A DNA stretch of 64,000 bases from Candidatus Acidiferrales bacterium (lineage in GTDB: Bacteria > Acidobacteriota > Terriglobia > Acidiferrales > UBA7541). Under the pieces are notes generated by a model. The model did not search any database. It saw only the letters and a list, made by a program, of their open reading frames with translations, and had not been told where the DNA came from. Of this stretch, positions 63,369-64,000 are shown piece by piece; positions within the stretch are counted from its first letter, which is position 1, and each line of letters starts with the position of its first letter. The stretch is from the NCBI GenBank assembly GCA_030038535.1, contig JASHSV010000239.1, forward strand, positions 1,543-65,542, read 5' to 3'. A program made the translations under genes and the position numbers.

Positions 63369-64000
63369 GTGCCAAACAAAGCGAATTTGTTGATTGTGGA
63401 CGACGAGCTGATCGTCCGGGATTCGCTCTCCAAATGGTTTCATGAGGAAGGCTACGATGTGGCCGTGGCCGAGGGCGCTCAGGACGCGCTGCAGAAAATG
63501 GCCCAGCGGCAGTTCGATCTCGCCTTGGTGGACATCAAAATGCCGGGGACCGATGGAGTGGAATTGCAGCGCCGTATGCATGAAATCGATCCGGATCTTC
63601 TGGTGATCATGATGACCGGCTACGCGTCAGTGGAAACGGCGGTTGCTGCGCTCAAAAACGGCGCCTACGACTACGTCTCCAAGCCCTTTGATCCGGAGGA
63701 AATGGCGCATACCGTCCGCAATGCCCTCTCCCACCGGCAGGCCCAGCGCGAAAATACTCAGCTCCGCCAGACCCTGGCGGCCGTGGGCGGCCCAAGAGAG
63801 CTGACCGGACAGAGCCCGGAGATGATGCGGGTTTTGGAAGCCGTCCAGACCGTGGCGCCCACCGAAGCGACCGTGCTCATTGCCGGAGAGAGCGGCACCG
63901 GCAAGGAGCTGTGCGCGCGCGCTATTCACGCGGCCAGCAACAGAAGGTTCAATCCCATGGTGGTAATCCATTGCGGCGCGCTGACGGAGACGCTGCTGGA
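63369..64000 (+). CDS. sigma-54-dependent response regulator (REC - AAA+), 5' part only; it runs off the window
   Basis: The GTG at 63369 is preceded by AAGAGGA. My translation gives LLIVDDELIVRD...LALVDIKMPGTDG...YVSKPF...LIAGESGTGKE. The gene is absent from the ORF track because no stop falls in the window. Confidence 0.85.
   Translation, partial: MPNKANLLIVDDELIVRDSLSKWFHEEGYDVAVAEGAQDALQKMAQRQFDLALVDIKMPGTDGVELQRRMHEIDPDLLVIMMTGYASVETAVAALKNGAYDYVSKPFDPEEMAHTVRNALSHRQAQRENTQLRQTLAAVGGPRELTGQSPEMMRVLEAVQTVAPTEATVLIAGESGTGKELCARAIHAASNRRFNPMVVIHCGALTETLL

Noticed and set aside
1-64000. Search for CRISPR arrays, long tandem or inverted repeats, insertion sequences, integrases, toxin-antitoxin pairs and recognisable defence-system genes.
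   Set aside because: I saw none by eye. The only repeated element I could support is the 11-mer pair at 29033/29253. A systematic self-alignment and HMM scan could still reveal things I missed.

Overview
The window is a visibly GC-rich bacterial chromosomal segment. Its gene content (PEP-CTERM/XrtA-type exopolysaccharide genes, many sigma-54 activators, many PilZ proteins) looks Acidobacteriota-like, but that is inference only. I can support about 58 protein-coding genes. I found no rRNA or tRNA genes, no CRISPR array, and no transposase, integrase or phage genes.

Housekeeping genes are scattered through the window: gltA, rlmN, acpS, mtaB, pgeF, purB and efp.

The rest is dominated by signalling and envelope functions:
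- (a) An Mla/MCE-type ABC lipid transporter. Its operon opens with an RsbW-like kinase plus a STAS protein, and it is split by a three-gene two-component cassette.
- (b) An NtrC-type two-component system followed by a PilZ gene that carries a perfect sigma-54 promoter.
- (c) A c-di-GMP cluster: a frameshifted PilZ gene, a GGDEF-PilZ fusion and a sensor-less sigma-54 activator.
- (d) A PEP-CTERM-type EPS export operon (Wza-like, outer-membrane barrel, chain-length determinant, ExeA-like ATPase, BY-kinase-like, PrsT-like TPR lipoprotein). It is led by an AAA+ activator that has lost the GAFTGA loop, and no exosortase lies in the window.
- (e) Further PilZ fusions (REC-PilZ with Asp-to-Glu at the phospho-site, and MBL-hydrolase-PilZ) and two orphan STAS proteins.
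- (f) At the right end, a membrane-anchored GcvH-like protein, a signal-less HybA-like 4Fe-4S protein and an NrfD/HybB-like membrane protein, followed by a sigma-54 two-component system whose sensor carries a CX4CH motif.

The candidates I rate highest for undescribed biology are (a), (f), the GAFTGA-less activator in (d), and the unusual PilZ fusions. All functional calls come from motif and domain recognition by eye. No database search was run.
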